Part shown: positions 1-10,126 of the stretch, in pieces
Numbering within the stretch: the stretch's first letter is position 1
How the letters are laid out: every line of letters begins with the position of its first letter
DNA from: Oscillospiraceae bacterium
GTDB taxonomy: Bacteria; Bacteroidota; Bacteroidia; Bacteroidales; WCHB1-69
Assembly (NCBI GenBank): GCA_963620035.1
Contig: CAVEXN010000001.1
Coordinates: forward strand, 54,792-118,791
DNA: 64,000 bases
Direction: 5' to 3'
Notes under the pieces: model-generated
What the model was told of the DNA's origin: nothing
Seen by the model: the letters and a program-made list of their open reading frames with translations, nothing else
Databases searched by the model: none
Position numbers and translations under genes: made by a program

Positions 1-2
1 GA

Positions 3-515
3 TCCGGCGACTTGATCGTAGGACTTGCCTCTTCAGGCGTGCATTCCAACGGCTTTTCGCTTGTCCGCAAAATTGTACTGAAGGACAACAAGATGGATCT
101 TTCCAAACAATATGAAGAACTGCCGGACACTTTGGGGAATGTGCTGCTGACCCCTACGCGCATATATGTGCGCTCCGTGCTGAAAGTTCTCGCAAAGGTG
201 GACGTCCATGCCATTTCACACATCACAGGCGGAGGTTTTGACGAGAATATCCCCCGCGCACTTCAGGAAGGACAAGGAATATTCATTGAAGAGGGAAGCT
301 GGGAAATGCCCCCCATATTCCCGTTCCTTGAAAAATACGGCAAGGTGGAACACCGCGAAATGTTCAACATTTTCAATATGGGCATCGGTATGGTGCTGCT
401 CATTGCCCCTGACGACAAGAACCAAACGCTCGACTTGCTTGAAACGCTGGGCGAAAAGGCTTCCGTGATCGGTAAGGTTACCGACACCGGGAAAGTGGAC
501 ATCAAATTGGCATAA
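3..515 (+). CDS. purM: phosphoribosylformylglycinamidine cyclo-ligase (AIR synthetase), C-terminal part; the 5' end lies outside the window
   Basis: The frame is open from the window edge. The translation (GLASSGVHSNGFSLVRK ... ISHITGGG ... MFNIFNMGIGMV) fits the PurM C-terminal domain. Confidence 0.9.
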   Translation, partial: SGDLIVGLASSGVHSNGFSLVRKIVLKDNKMDLSKQYEELPDTLGNVLLTPTRIYVRSVLKVLAKVDVHAISHITGGGFDENIPRALQEGQGIFIEEGSWEMPPIFPFLEKYGKVEHREMFNIFNMGIGMVLLIAPDDKNQTLDLLETLGEKASVIGKVTDTGKVDIKLA

Positions 516-526
516 TTACGTCAAAT

Positions 527-1315
527 ATGAAACGACTACCGCTTTTGACGTTGGCGACGCTGCTGTCAGTTTCTGTCTTTGGGCAGAATGAGGCTTCTAA
601 GGTTAAGGTTGATCTCCGCGCAGGATACACACTCTCAACCTATTTCGCACGACAGAATCAGTCGGCAGATGTCACATTCAGGTTGCCCGACCACTATTAC
701 AGCCTCAAGTCTGGCTATTCTGCCGGGTTCGGGATTGAAGTCCCACTGAAAGAAAGGCTTTCATTGCGGATTGGACTTTTCTATGCGAGACAGACGGTAG
801 GTGCCGCCGAACAGACGGTGCGACAGACCGGCGATTCGACGTGCAGCGTTGACTATTCGGAAAAAACCACGGCGCACAATTTCTGCCTCCCCGTAATGGT
901 GAAGTATGCGGTCCCCGTGCGTGAAAACAGTCGTTTTGAGGTTGCCGCAGGCCCGTATATCAGCGTGACGGCCGGCGGAAAGTTGACCGGGAAAGGCAGT
1001 TATGCCTACTCTACAGGCATCAACTATACCGAAAAGATGGAGTTTGACCCTTGGGAAAACGGGAAAAAAAGCGTTTACAGACAGATGCTGTCCGATGATT
1101 TTGTGCAAGAGGAGGTGTTGTATAATGGACAGATTGCACGCAGGGTTGATTTCGGTCTCTCTTTAGAACTCGATTACAAGGTTTCCCGATTCTATATCGG
1201 TGCGGCGGCTAACTTCGGGCTGCTGAATAACGTAGCGCCGGAAATAACGGAATTGACGGGTTTGTCACGACGTAATTTCAATTTGCAGATTATGTTAGGC
1301 TATCAAATCAATTGA
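527..1315 (+). CDS. small outer-membrane beta-barrel protein (family not resolved)
   Basis: It has a signal peptide ([20 protein letters not shown]), an alternating beta-strand pattern and a terminal strand [10 protein letters not shown]. The assignment rests on pattern only. Confidence 0.55.
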   Translation: MKRLPLLTLATLLSVSVFGQNEASKVKVDLRAGYTLSTYFARQNQSADVTFRLPDHYYSLKSGYSAGFGIEVPLKERLSLRIGLFYARQTVGAAEQTVRQTGDSTCSVDYSEKTTAHNFCLPVMVKYAVPVRENSRFEVAAGPYISVTAGGKLTGKGSYAYSTGINYTEKMEFDPWENGKKSVYRQMLSDDFVQEEVLYNGQIARRVDFGLSLELDYKVSRFYIGAAANFGLLNNVAPEITELTGLSRRNFNLQIMLGYQIN

Positions 1316-1316
1316 G

Positions 1317-2159
1317 ATGAAGTACATTGGACCGCACGTCAGCACAACAGGTGGAGTTGAAAACGCCCCCTTGAATGCGGCCGCTGTTGGTGCCACCGCT
1401 TTTGCTTTGTTTACCAAGAACCAGCGTCAGTGGGTGTCGCCGCCGCTAACCATTCGCTCGATGGACAAGTTCAAGGAGAACTGTGTGGCGCATGGGTTTA
1501 TGCCCGAACACATTCTCCCACATGACAGTTATCTCATCAACCTCGGACAGCCCGAAAAAGAGGCGCTTGAGAAGTCGAGAAGTGCTTTTCTTGACGAGAT
1601 GCAGCGTTGTGAACAGTTGGGTCTCAAGATGCTGAACTTCCATCCGGGAAGCCATTTGAAGAAAATATCGCTTGAAGAGTGCCTCCGCCGCATTGCAGAG
1701 AGCATCAATATTGCGCTTGACCGCACACAAGGCGTGACGGCAGTAATAGAAAACACCGCGGGACAGGGCTCTAACGTAGGGTTCAGTTTCCAACACCTCG
1801 CATACATCATCGACCGGGTGGAAGACAAGCAGCGTGTGGGCGTGTGCCTCGACACCTGCCATACCTATTCCGCAGGCTATGACATTAAGACGGCAGAGGG
1901 TTACGACAACACATTCCGCGAGTTCGACAGCACCATAGGCCCCTCTTATCTCAAGGCTATTCATCTCAACGATACCAAAAAAGAACTGGCATCAAGGGTT
2001 GACCGACACGACAGCATCGGGAAAGGACTTCTCGGTCTCAACTTCTTCAGCCGTTTCATGAAAGACCCACGCTTCGACGATATGCCGCTAATTCTCGAAA
2101 CGCCGGACGAAAGCCTCTGGCAAGAGGAGATCCGAATGTTGCGGGATTTGACGATGTAG
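1317..2159 (+). CDS. nfo: endonuclease IV (AP endonuclease)
   Basis: The 280-aa product starts [13 protein letters not shown] and carries [21 protein letters not shown] and IHLNDTK, which are typical Nfo TIM-barrel metal-site segments. Confidence 0.9.
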   Translation: MKYIGPHVSTTGGVENAPLNAAAVGATAFALFTKNQRQWVSPPLTIRSMDKFKENCVAHGFMPEHILPHDSYLINLGQPEKEALEKSRSAFLDEMQRCEQLGLKMLNFHPGSHLKKISLEECLRRIAESINIALDRTQGVTAVIENTAGQGSNVGFSFQHLAYIIDRVEDKQRVGVCLDTCHTYSAGYDIKTAEGYDNTFREFDSTIGPSYLKAIHLNDTKKELASRVDRHDSIGKGLLGLNFFSRFMKDPRFDDMPLILETPDESLWQEEIRMLRDLTM

Positions 2160-2315
2160 GTTGTCCATATTGTCAACATTTACACATTCAGACGCTTTGT
2201 GCAACAGAACGTTGAGGCAATCTATAGGCTTTTGTCCGGTTTTAATGCTGGATTACAGAATTTTATGCTTTTAAAAAAAATGAATTCTGGGCAGTTGAGG
2301 ATTGAAAAAAAAGTG

Positions 2316-2323
2316 TATTTTTG
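2316..2323 (+). promoter_or_regulatory. Bacteroidota -7 promoter box (TATTTTTG) upstream of tRNA-Glu
   Basis: An exact TAnnTTTG match lies 27 nt upstream of the tRNA 5' end. Confidence 0.5.
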
Positions 2324-2349
2324 CCACGCCTTTAGGCATTGAATGACAC

Positions 2350-2421
2350 GGCGTGTTCTTCTAATGGTTAGGAATCAAGATTCTCAATCTTGCAATAGGA
2401 GTTCGATTCTCCTACACGCTA
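2350..2421 (+). tRNA. tRNA-Glu (anticodon CUC)
   Basis: A cloverleaf was folded by hand. The acceptor is GGCGTGT/ACACGCT (G1-U72 wobble), the D-arm TTCT-AATGGTTA-GGAA and the anticodon arm CAAGA-TTCTCAA-TCTTG. The T-arm is AGGAG-TTCGATT-CTCCT and the discriminator is A. Confidence 0.75.
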
Positions 2422-2431
2422 CAAAATGAAA

Positions 2432-2464
2432 AAGGGATTGTGTTTGAACAATCCCTTTTTTTTT
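2432..2464 (+). terminator. intrinsic terminator after tRNA-Glu
   Basis: A 9-bp stem (AAGGGATTG/CAATCCCTT) is followed by a T-run. Confidence 0.7.
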
Positions 2465-2481
2465 CAAAGGGTTATTAGAAG

Positions 2482-2523
2482 AAATAAGGAAGCCGGCTCA
2501 TACACGAGCCGGCTTCCTTATTT
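2482..2523. terminator. long hairpin, probable bidirectional terminator (serves the minus-strand POT transporter gene)
   Basis: The stem AATAAGGAAGCCGGCTC/GAGCCGGCTTCCTTATT has about 17 bp. An A-run precedes it and a T-run follows it. Confidence 0.65.
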
Positions 2524-2554
2524 TGTTATTGTTAAGTTGAATAGGGAGGGAAGA

Positions 2555-4240
2555 CTATTTGGCAACGCGTTCAAGCCATTTCACCATACCCAGCATCACG
2601 CTCATGGAGACGAGGCAGATGACGAAGAACACGCCCCAGCATTTCCAAATGGGCCATGCGTTGTACATGACGGGTCCGATCCAGATCATCAGGTTTCCGA
2701 TGGCTGTGGCACCAAGCCAAAGTCCTTGGCACAGTCCGACCATGTTTCTTGGGGCAACCTTAGAAACAAAGGAGAGACCCAGCGGGGAGATGAACAGTTC
2801 GGCGATGGTCAGGAAGAAGTAGGTTACAATAAGCACCCACGGGCCGGCTTTTGAAAGGCCTTCTGCTAACATAGTCTGGGCATCCATAGCGCGGAAATCG
2901 GTCCCGGACGGGTAGTGGTTGACAATCGAGACGATGGCCAGGAACAGATATGCACATCCGGCAATAGCCATACCGATGGCGATTTTGCGGGGAGTCGAGA
3001 TGCCTTTGCCTTTTCTGGCAAGAGCGGCGAAAGAAATCATGACAATCGGTGTCAGGAATATGACAAAAAACGGGTTCAAAGCCTGCCAAATTTCAGGGGC
3101 AATGGATTCCGTCTGAACAAAATCGCGTGCGAAAACAGACAAGGACTGTCCATTCTGATGGAATGAAAGCCAGAAAAAGATGGCAATGCCCAGCACTGCA
3201 AACAGAGCGTAAAGACGCTGCTTGATCTCTTTGGCCATGGCTTGTTTCTCTTCTGCCGTGTATTCGACGACTTCCTGTTTTTCTTTCTTGGCGGGTTGCG
3301 GGAAGTTCTTTTTCGTGCAAACGAAGATGGCCAACGAGACGAGCATGGCCACCACAGAGGCGATGAATGCAAAATGGATGCCTTGGTTGAATACGGTGAT
3401 GTAGTCGGAGCAGAATGTGGCATTGTCCACAAAACTGTACCCGTTCATGACAAGAGCCTTGGTCTCTTCAAACTTGGTGGAGATGTCTGCGCCTTGGCCG
3501 CCAAGGAACTGGTGGCAGAGACCGGGCATGTCGGAATTGTAGAAGAAGTTGTGGGCTTTGAGCCACCACTCGCGGAGCAGCGGGGCCACAAACGGGGCAA
3601 CGACACCGCCGATGTTGATGAAAACGTAGAAAATCTGGAATCCAGAGTCCCGTTTTTCTTTTGCGATCTTCAGAGCCTCGTCGCCTTTCTTGGCGGCCTC
3701 GGCCTCAAACTCGTCGTACATCTTGCCGACGATGGCCTGAAGGTTGCCCTTGAACAAGCCGTTGCCGAACGAGATGCAAAGCAGTGCGATGCAGGTGAAG
3801 ATGAGAATGGACCACCATTGAGGATTTCCGTCAACAATGAAGCCGTTGACATCCTTGCTGAACAACGGAATGGCCAATGCCACATAGCCGATGGACATGA
3901 TAATCAGACCCCATTGGATGGTCTTGTTGTAGTTTTGCGTACGGTCGGCAATGATACCGCCAACAAGACTAAGCACGTAAATGCCAAAATAGAACACCGA
4001 ATAAATGGTGCCGGCAGTTGCGTCAGGCAGACCGAACTTGGATACCAGGAAGAGCAGCAGGATGGCATTCATAATGTAATAGCCGAACCGCTCGCCCATA
4101 TTGCTCAACGCAGCGGCAATGAGCCCTTTCGGATGCTCACGCTTGGCAATGGTTACATAATAGACGATGAATGGGATTACAATGATGAGAATTGCAATCA
4201 ACATAGCCACCATACGATGGTTGGTGAAAAAATCAATCAT
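2555..4240 (-). CDS. proton-dependent oligopeptide transporter (POT/PTR2 family, MFS)
   Basis: The 561-aa product is polytopic. NMGERFGYYIMNAILLLFL matches the PTR2 ExxERFxYY signature. Confidence 0.85.
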   Translation of the reverse strand: MIDFFTNHRMVAMLIAILIIVIPFIVYYVTIAKREHPKGLIAAALSNMGERFGYYIMNAILLLFLVSKFGLPDATAGTIYSVFYFGIYVLSLVGGIIADRTQNYNKTIQWGLIIMSIGYVALAIPLFSKDVNGFIVDGNPQWWSILIFTCIALLCISFGNGLFKGNLQAIVGKMYDEFEAEAAKKGDEALKIAKEKRDSGFQIFYVFINIGGVVAPFVAPLLREWWLKAHNFFYNSDMPGLCHQFLGGQGADISTKFEETKALVMNGYSFVDNATFCSDYITVFNQGIHFAFIASVVAMLVSLAIFVCTKKNFPQPAKKEKQEVVEYTAEEKQAMAKEIKQRLYALFAVLGIAIFFWLSFHQNGQSLSVFARDFVQTESIAPEIWQALNPFFVIFLTPIVMISFAALARKGKGISTPRKIAIGMAIAGCAYLFLAIVSIVNHYPSGTDFRAMDAQTMLAEGLSKAGPWVLIVTYFFLTIAELFISPLGLSFVSKVAPRNMVGLCQGLWLGATAIGNLMIWIGPVMYNAWPIWKCWGVFFVICLVSMSVMLGMVKWLERVAK

Positions 4241-4284
4241 AATAATTGTTATTGGTGAGTAATTTAATGAATTTCAAAAAAAAA

Positions 4285-4599
4285 CTATTTGAGCGCTTCG
4301 ATTTTCTTAACGATGTTGTCTTTGGAAACCAGCCCCACAAGGGCATCCACCATTTCACCATTCTTTAAGAAAACCAGCATCGGGATGTTCATGACGCCGA
4401 ACTGTGCAGCCAGTTCGGCGTTCTCGTCAACGTCACATTTCCCGATGATGACTTCGTTTTCATATTCTTGAGCCAATTCTTCAACAACGGGACCTAATGC
4501 TTTGCAAGGCCCGCACCATTGTGCCCAAAAATCAATGATGACCAATTTGTCTCCTTTGGCCAATGTTTCAAAATTACTGGAGTCGATTGCTAATGCCAT
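4285..4599 (-). CDS. trxA: thioredoxin
   Basis: The product is 104 aa and carries the WCGPC active site. Confidence 0.95.
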   Translation of the reverse strand: MALAIDSSNFETLAKGDKLVIIDFWAQWCGPCKALGPVVEELAQEYENEVIIGKCDVDENAELAAQFGVMNIPMLVFLKNGEMVDALVGLVSKDNIVKKIEALK

Positions 4600-4638
4600 A
4601 ATAATGTTATTTAATGTGTAAAACTTTATTCAAGGGGG

Positions 4639-4646
4639 CAAAAATA
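4639..4646 (-). promoter_or_regulatory. -7 promoter box (TATTTTTG on the minus strand) for trxA
   Basis: CAAAAATA on the plus strand lies 40 nt upstream of the trxA ATG. Confidence 0.5.
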
Positions 4647-4695
4647 CAAAAAATAGGATAAGGCACGTTTAATTTGGAACAGCATAAAAAAAGTG

Positions 4696-4703
4696 TATTT
4701 TTG
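4696..4703 (+). promoter_or_regulatory. -7 promoter box (TATTTTTG) for purA
   Basis: An exact TAnnTTTG match lies 29 nt upstream of the ATG at 4732. It sits inside the GTG-started ORF-track extension, which argues for the downstream start. Confidence 0.55.
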
Positions 4704-4731
4704 CACCTGTTCAACAGTAAACAAAGCCGCA

Positions 4732-6015
4732 ATGAAGAATATGAAAATCGATGTTTTGTTGGGATTGCAGTGGGGCGACGAGGGGAAAGGGAAAATTGTC
4801 GATGTAGTGACTCCGGATTATGACGTTGTAGCCCGCTTTCAGGGCGGTCCCAATGCGGGACACTCTTTGGAATTTAACGGCATACGCCATGTGCTCCATA
4901 TCATCCCCTCCGGGATTTTCCATAAAGACAAGATCAATGTGATCGGGAACGGCGTGGTGATAGACCCCTTGGTTTTTGAGCAGGAGATTCGCTCACTGGT
5001 GGATTTGGGCCTTACCCCGACCGACAACCTTTTCATTTCCGCAAAGGCACATCTGATTCTTCCTACACACCGACTGCTGGATGCCGCATACGAGACCAAA
5101 AAAGGCAATATGAAAATCGGCTCTACGCTCCGTGGCATCGGTCCGGCTTATACGGACAAGACCGCCCGTTCCGGCCTCCGCGTCTGCGACTTGCTTTCAC
5201 TCGATTTCATGGACAAATACCATGCGGCCGTCGCCCGTCATACGGAAATCCTCGAACACTATCACGTCGAAAACCTCCACCAAAGAGTGGAAGAGATGGG
5301 AAATGAGTGGCTTTCTTCTCTTGCAACATTGAAGAAGTTCAAGGTCATCGACTGCGAGTATGAGATTCTCTCCTATTTGCAGCAAGGGAAGACTGTACTG
5401 GCAGAGGGCGCACAGGGCACGTTGCTGGATCTCGAGTTCGGAGCCTATCCGTTTGTGACATCATCAAATACGATTGCCGCCGGCGCCTTTACAGGGCTCG
5501 GTCTCGCTCCGCACTATGCCGGCAAGGTCATCGGTATCGTTAAGGCCTATTGCACCCGTGTGGGCAGCGGCCCTTTCCCGACGGAACTTTTTGACGAGAC
5601 CGGCGAACGCCTGCGCCGACAAGGCAGTGAGTTCGGGGCAACTACAGGACGTCCGCGCCGCTGCGGCTGGCTTGACCTGGTGGCACTCAAATACGCCATT
5701 ATGGTCAATGGCGTCACTGACATCGCACTCACAAAAGCCGACGTGCTGTCTGACTTCGATGTGATCAACGTCTGCACTGCCTACAAGGTGAACGGAAAAT
5801 TGACCGACAGGATGCCCGCCGATTCTTTCGCAGACATTGAGCCGGTTTATACTCCGATCCCGGGTTGGAAACAGGACATCAGCACGGTTCGCAATTATGA
5901 AGCGATGCCCCAGTCGTTCAAAGATTATGTGCAGTTTATAGAAGAAAAAGTCCAGACAAAGGTTTCTGTCATCTCTGTTGGCCCCGACAGGGAGGCAACT
6001 ATGTTACGGGATTAG
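4732..6015 (+). CDS. purA: adenylosuccinate synthase
   Basis: It shows the QWGDEGKGK P-loop, GPNAGH and GATTGRPRRCGW. The start was moved to the ATG downstream of the promoter box. Confidence 0.95.
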   Translation: MKNMKIDVLLGLQWGDEGKGKIVDVVTPDYDVVARFQGGPNAGHSLEFNGIRHVLHIIPSGIFHKDKINVIGNGVVIDPLVFEQEIRSLVDLGLTPTDNLFISAKAHLILPTHRLLDAAYETKKGNMKIGSTLRGIGPAYTDKTARSGLRVCDLLSLDFMDKYHAAVARHTEILEHYHVENLHQRVEEMGNEWLSSLATLKKFKVIDCEYEILSYLQQGKTVLAEGAQGTLLDLEFGAYPFVTSSNTIAAGAFTGLGLAPHYAGKVIGIVKAYCTRVGSGPFPTELFDETGERLRRQGSEFGATTGRPRRCGWLDLVALKYAIMVNGVTDIALTKADVLSDFDVINVCTAYKVNGKLTDRMPADSFADIEPVYTPIPGWKQDISTVRNYEAMPQSFKDYVQFIEEKVQTKVSVISVGPDREATMLRD

Positions 6016-6023
6016 TTTCTAAT

Positions 6024-9000
6024 ATGAGGCCACTGCGTTTTCGTGCGACAATTCTTTGTTTGGCTTTCGCGTTCGCCGCGATATGCGGAAAGGCGCAGTC
6101 CTTGACGGACGAGAAGTTGTTTGTGGATTTTGTCCAGACGCAACTCCGGCAGCATGTTGAACGTTACCGGCACAATGAAGCGCCGCTCTGTTCCCTCTAT
6201 TGCCGCATTGAAAAGCAGGAGGATTGCATTCTCGCCTCCCAGATGGGCAGCCTCAAGGAGAAACACTACCGTTTCGTCTCCCGCTTTTCCGTAAGTTTGA
6301 TTGTCGGTGACATTGATTCCGGTGACTATACCCAAGGCAGCACGTCCGACACTTTGCCTTTTTTCCCTTCAGACCTCAATGAACAGGCTATCGTTTCCGC
6401 ATTGAACCGGGAGATAAGTCTTGTGTATGAGCAGACCTTGAAGAAGCATCAGAAAAGGCATCTTCAAGAGTCGCTCGGGAAACCGAAACACAGGATGGTT
6501 TTTGATCCGCCGCTTCAGGATAATGTTTTTGATCCGCCCTGCGAAAGTTCGGCATTCGCTTGTGTGGAAGGATGGGGCAAACGGCTGAACGACTGCTCTG
6601 CTCTCTGCAACGCTTTTGAAAACTGCCGCAACGGTTCGGCGCAGCTGCATTATTCATACGTCAGGACCTATAGCCTAAGCAATGGTGACGAAGTTGCTGT
6701 GACCAATAGCAATGTTTCGCTGCTCACGCTCTCAATGTCGGCGCTTGCCGATGATGGAATGTTGGTTGCCTGTTCGAAGACAATGTCGGCGGAATACCCG
6801 AACGACCTTCCCCAAGATTCGGAGATTTTCCCCGAAATGCACAATCTGTATGCTCAGCTTTGCCGTACGGCCGAGTCTCCAGCCGCAGAATCGTCGGTTT
6901 GCCCTGTGATGATGTCGGGAAAGGCGGCTTCGGCGGTGCTTTATGCCGGCTTCATAAAATCACATTGTGCTGTTTCTTCCGTGCTGTCGTTTTCTTCCGC
7001 CGAACGTGGATTTGTGGCTGCTGCCCGTTTCCCGAAACCTGACACAGAACTTCTTGAGGCATTGAAAAAGGAGACCGCCCGTCAAGGTATGCCTTACGGA
7101 TACTGGATTCGCGATGCCATTTTCACGCCGGATGGTGAGATCATCCCGCAAGATGTTTACAGAGTTTATGCCGACGATGAGAACGGCACCGGCGAACTGG
7201 TGCGCGGCTTACGGTTTACAGATTTGACGTTGGTTTGTCCCGCCGTGCTGTCGTGCGGAAATGCGCCGGCAACATCGGTTGTACCCTCGTCACTTACAGG
7301 CAGGATTCCTCAGCGTTGCACGGCACCGGCGGTGCTGCTTGCGGCGTTGGCGACTGAGGTTGCGGGCTACGACGAGATGCCCGCTTTGCTGTCGCCGCCC
7401 ACAGCAAAGGACGATGTGTACGATGACTCAGGACAATTTTCGGAAGTCTGCTCTTCTATAATGCAAGAAGAGATGACATCGTTTTTTGAGGATACGGCAC
7501 TGCGCGTTTATCCTCTGGCGTATGACCTCGACTTTTTGGTCACAGATGCAAATATGTATCAGGTGAAAAGCATGATGGGAAGCACGGTCATGCTTTCTGA
7601 AATGCCGAAGAGAAGCGTTGAAACGCAAGTCAGGGTGGGAGATGACAGGTTAAACAACGAGAATTTTGCCGAAAAGGATTGGTCGGTAACAGCCTTTGAC
7701 TTGCCCCTTGACGGAAACGGCCGCAATTTGCGAATGGCCTTTCACCAGTCGGCTGACCGCGCTTACCGGCAGGCGCTTGCCGATTATGCAGAGAAGCAGC
7801 AGGCGTTGGCACTATGGCCATACGACAGGGTATCATCGTTGCCGCCCGACCGTTCCCAAGCATTCAGGAACGAGTTTTTTGACAGTACTGCTGTCGGACA
7901 ATGGTCGCTTGAACTTATGCAGGACTTGGCGAATGGCATATCTGCTGCCTTCACCCGCGACACGATGGCGTTGAATATGATGAAGGATTGCGGGGCAAAT
8001 GTGTATGCATACAAGGCAAATGCCTATTATCTGTCGGCGCAAGGCATACGCTATGAACAACCGTTTCAATTGGTTTGCGTGCAGATTTATGCCGAAACCG
8101 ACGACGACGACGGCATGCCGCTGCGAGACTACAGCCATTTCTTCTTCCACGATGTCTCTGACCTGTCAGATGTCTCCTCTTTGGCCGATTCAGCCCTCTC
8201 TATGATGCGGATGTTGTCGGCATTGCGTTCGGCACCTTTTGTAAAGGACATCTATGACGGACCGGTCATCGTGTCTGTACCGGCTGCTGCAGTTTTTTTC
8301 AAGCAAGCTTTTTTGGAGCACACGCCGTCGTTGATTGCCGTACGGTCGTTGATGCAAACAAATGGTACAAATTGCAATTATTTAGATAATAAGATTGACC
8401 AGAAAGTGATCAGTCCGTTGCTCGATGTCTATTCTGGATATGACTGTGGCAAACGGTGTGCCGTCCAACTTATCGGACGTTATACGATAGATGCGGATGG
8501 GATCCCGGCTGATGGGCGAATGGAGGTAATCGAACGGGGATGTCTATATACGTTGTTGTCAAACCGGACACCTACGGCCGCTGTCCGTTTTTCAAATGCT
8601 CATCAACGGCTCACATTGTCGGGTGGGCGGCTGGTGACGACTTGCGGTGCAGGCGTACTCGAACTCAAATGCCACAGCCACTGCAACGACACCGACATTT
8701 ACCTGAAAGCGCGAAAGTTGGCGCGCAAAGCCGGTTGGCGTTATATATACGAAGTAGTAAAACTGCCCGAATGTATTGGTGCCGAAATGTCGGAGTACAG
8801 TCCTGTTTATGTCTATAAAGTCAACCTGACAGATGGCAAGAGGACGCTTGTGCGCATTCGTCGCATCGAGAATGTTGACATGCATCTTTTCAACAAGGTA
8901 GTGGCGGCATCTGATGACACGGCAGTGGCCAATATGCTGTCGAGAGGACAGTCTAAATGCAGCGGAATACCCGAAATGCCGCTTGCAGGATTCCCTGTTT

Positions 9001-9050
9001 CCATTCTTGTTCCTAAAAGTCTGCTTTTCAGTAGTTTGAAGATACAGTAA
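6024..9050 (+). CDS. large secreted protein, apparently two tandem PmbA/TldD-like modules with no HExxxH motif
   Basis: It has a signal peptide (MRPLRFRATILCLAFAFAAICGKAQS). The C-terminal segment VRIRRIENVDMHLFNKVVAASDDTAV...KCSG resembles the PmbA/TldD C-terminal pattern. A similar segment (VRGLRFTDLTLVCPAVLSCGN) ends the first half. The similarity was judged by eye only. Confidence 0.4.
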   Translation: MRPLRFRATILCLAFAFAAICGKAQSLTDEKLFVDFVQTQLRQHVERYRHNEAPLCSLYCRIEKQEDCILASQMGSLKEKHYRFVSRFSVSLIVGDIDSGDYTQGSTSDTLPFFPSDLNEQAIVSALNREISLVYEQTLKKHQKRHLQESLGKPKHRMVFDPPLQDNVFDPPCESSAFACVEGWGKRLNDCSALCNAFENCRNGSAQLHYSYVRTYSLSNGDEVAVTNSNVSLLTLSMSALADDGMLVACSKTMSAEYPNDLPQDSEIFPEMHNLYAQLCRTAESPAAESSVCPVMMSGKAASAVLYAGFIKSHCAVSSVLSFSSAERGFVAAARFPKPDTELLEALKKETARQGMPYGYWIRDAIFTPDGEIIPQDVYRVYADDENGTGELVRGLRFTDLTLVCPAVLSCGNAPATSVVPSSLTGRIPQRCTAPAVLLAALATEVAGYDEMPALLSPPTAKDDVYDDSGQFSEVCSSIMQEEMTSFFEDTALRVYPLAYDLDFLVTDANMYQVKSMMGSTVMLSEMPKRSVETQVRVGDDRLNNENFAEKDWSVTAFDLPLDGNGRNLRMAFHQSADRAYRQALADYAEKQQALALWPYDRVSSLPPDRSQAFRNEFFDSTAVGQWSLELMQDLANGISAAFTRDTMALNMMKDCGANVYAYKANAYYLSAQGIRYEQPFQLVCVQIYAETDDDDGMPLRDYSHFFFHDVSDLSDVSSLADSALSMMRMLSALRSAPFVKDIYDGPVIVSVPAAAVFFKQAFLEHTPSLIAVRSLMQTNGTNCNYLDNKIDQKVISPLLDVYSGYDCGKRCAVQLIGRYTIDADGIPADGRMEVIERGCLYTLLSNRTPTAAVRFSNAHQRLTLSGGRLVTTCGAGVLELKCHSHCNDTDIYLKARKLARKAGWRYIYEVVKLPECIGAEMSEYSPVYVYKVNLTDGKRTLVRIRRIENVDMHLFNKVVAASDDTAVANMLSRGQSKCSGIPEMPLAGFPVSILVPKSLLFSSLKIQ

Positions 9051-9114
9051 TGGGAAATTCGAGAAAGGTGAACAAAAAGTCAGCCGAATTGAGGCAGGGA
9101 TAAAAATAATTGCC

Positions 9115-9122
9115 TATTTTTG
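9115..9122 (+). promoter_or_regulatory. -7 promoter box (TATTTTTG) for pyrBI
   Basis: An exact motif lies 70 nt upstream of the pyrB start. Confidence 0.45.
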
Positions 9123-9191
9123 CAAAATTTATTGTGAAGTGAAAACTTTGAGTTGTAAATTAGTGATAATCAAACATAAGGAGGTTTTATT

Positions 9192-10115
9192 TTGTTAAAG
9201 CACAGGAGCTTAATTGACCCGTCGGATTTCACGCGCGAAGAGTTTCGCGAAATATTTGATTTGGCTCATCAAATTATTGCAGATCCGGAAAAATACAGTA
9301 AGAGTTGCGAAGGAAAAATCCTGGCAACTCTTTTTTATGAACCCAGCACACGTACACGCTTCAGTTTTGAGGCCGCAATGCTGCGATTGGGCGGCAAGGT
9401 GATCGGTTTTTCGGAGCCGAATTCCAGTTCTGTGGCCAAAGGCGAGAGCATTGCCGACACGTTGCGCACTATCGAGTGTTATGCTGATATTGCCGCTATG
9501 CGTCATCCTAAAGAGGGCGCGCCCCGAATGGCAAGCCACTTCATCAAGATGCCGCTTATCAATGCCGGCGACGGCGGACACCAACATCCTACCCAGACGT
9601 TGACGGACATACTCACGATAGAGCGGCTGCGCGGCGGCGTGGAAAACAAGACTTACGGTTTCTGCGGCGACCTCAAGTTCGGCAGAACCGTCCACTCATT
9701 GGTGAAATTCCTCAGCAACTATGAAGGTGTCAAGTTTATTTTCATCTCCCCCGAAGAACTGCGCGTGCCCGAATATATCCGCGAGGAAATTGTCCGCAAA
9801 AAAGGAATCCCTTTCCAAGAGGTGGACCAAATGGAACCGTATATGGGACAGCTTGACTTCTTGTATATGACCCGCGTGCAGCGCGAGCGCTTTTTCAACG
9901 AGGAGGATTACATCCGCCTTAAAGACCGGTTTATCCTTGACAAAGAGAAATTGTCGTATGCGCGCCCCGATACCTATATCCTGCATCCGTTGCCACGCGT
10001 GAATGAAATCAGCCCCGAAGTGGATGATGACCCGCGCGCACAGTACTTTAATCAGGCCAAAAATGGAATGTTTGTCCGTATGGCATTGATACTAAAACTT
10101 TTAGGAATCTATTAA
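9192..10115 (+). CDS. pyrB: aspartate carbamoyltransferase catalytic subunit
   Basis: STRTR, HPTQ and HPLPR motifs are present. The start is TTG, because there is no in-frame ATG and a stop lies 15 nt upstream. Confidence 0.95.
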   Translation: MLKHRSLIDPSDFTREEFREIFDLAHQIIADPEKYSKSCEGKILATLFYEPSTRTRFSFEAAMLRLGGKVIGFSEPNSSSVAKGESIADTLRTIECYADIAAMRHPKEGAPRMASHFIKMPLINAGDGGHQHPTQTLTDILTIERLRGGVENKTYGFCGDLKFGRTVHSLVKFLSNYEGVKFIFISPEELRVPEYIREEIVRKKGIPFQEVDQMEPYMGQLDFLYMTRVQRERFFNEEDYIRLKDRFILDKEKLSYARPDTYILHPLPRVNEISPEVDDDPRAQYFNQAKNGMFVRMALILKLLGIY

Positions 10116-10126
10116 AATAAGCAATC

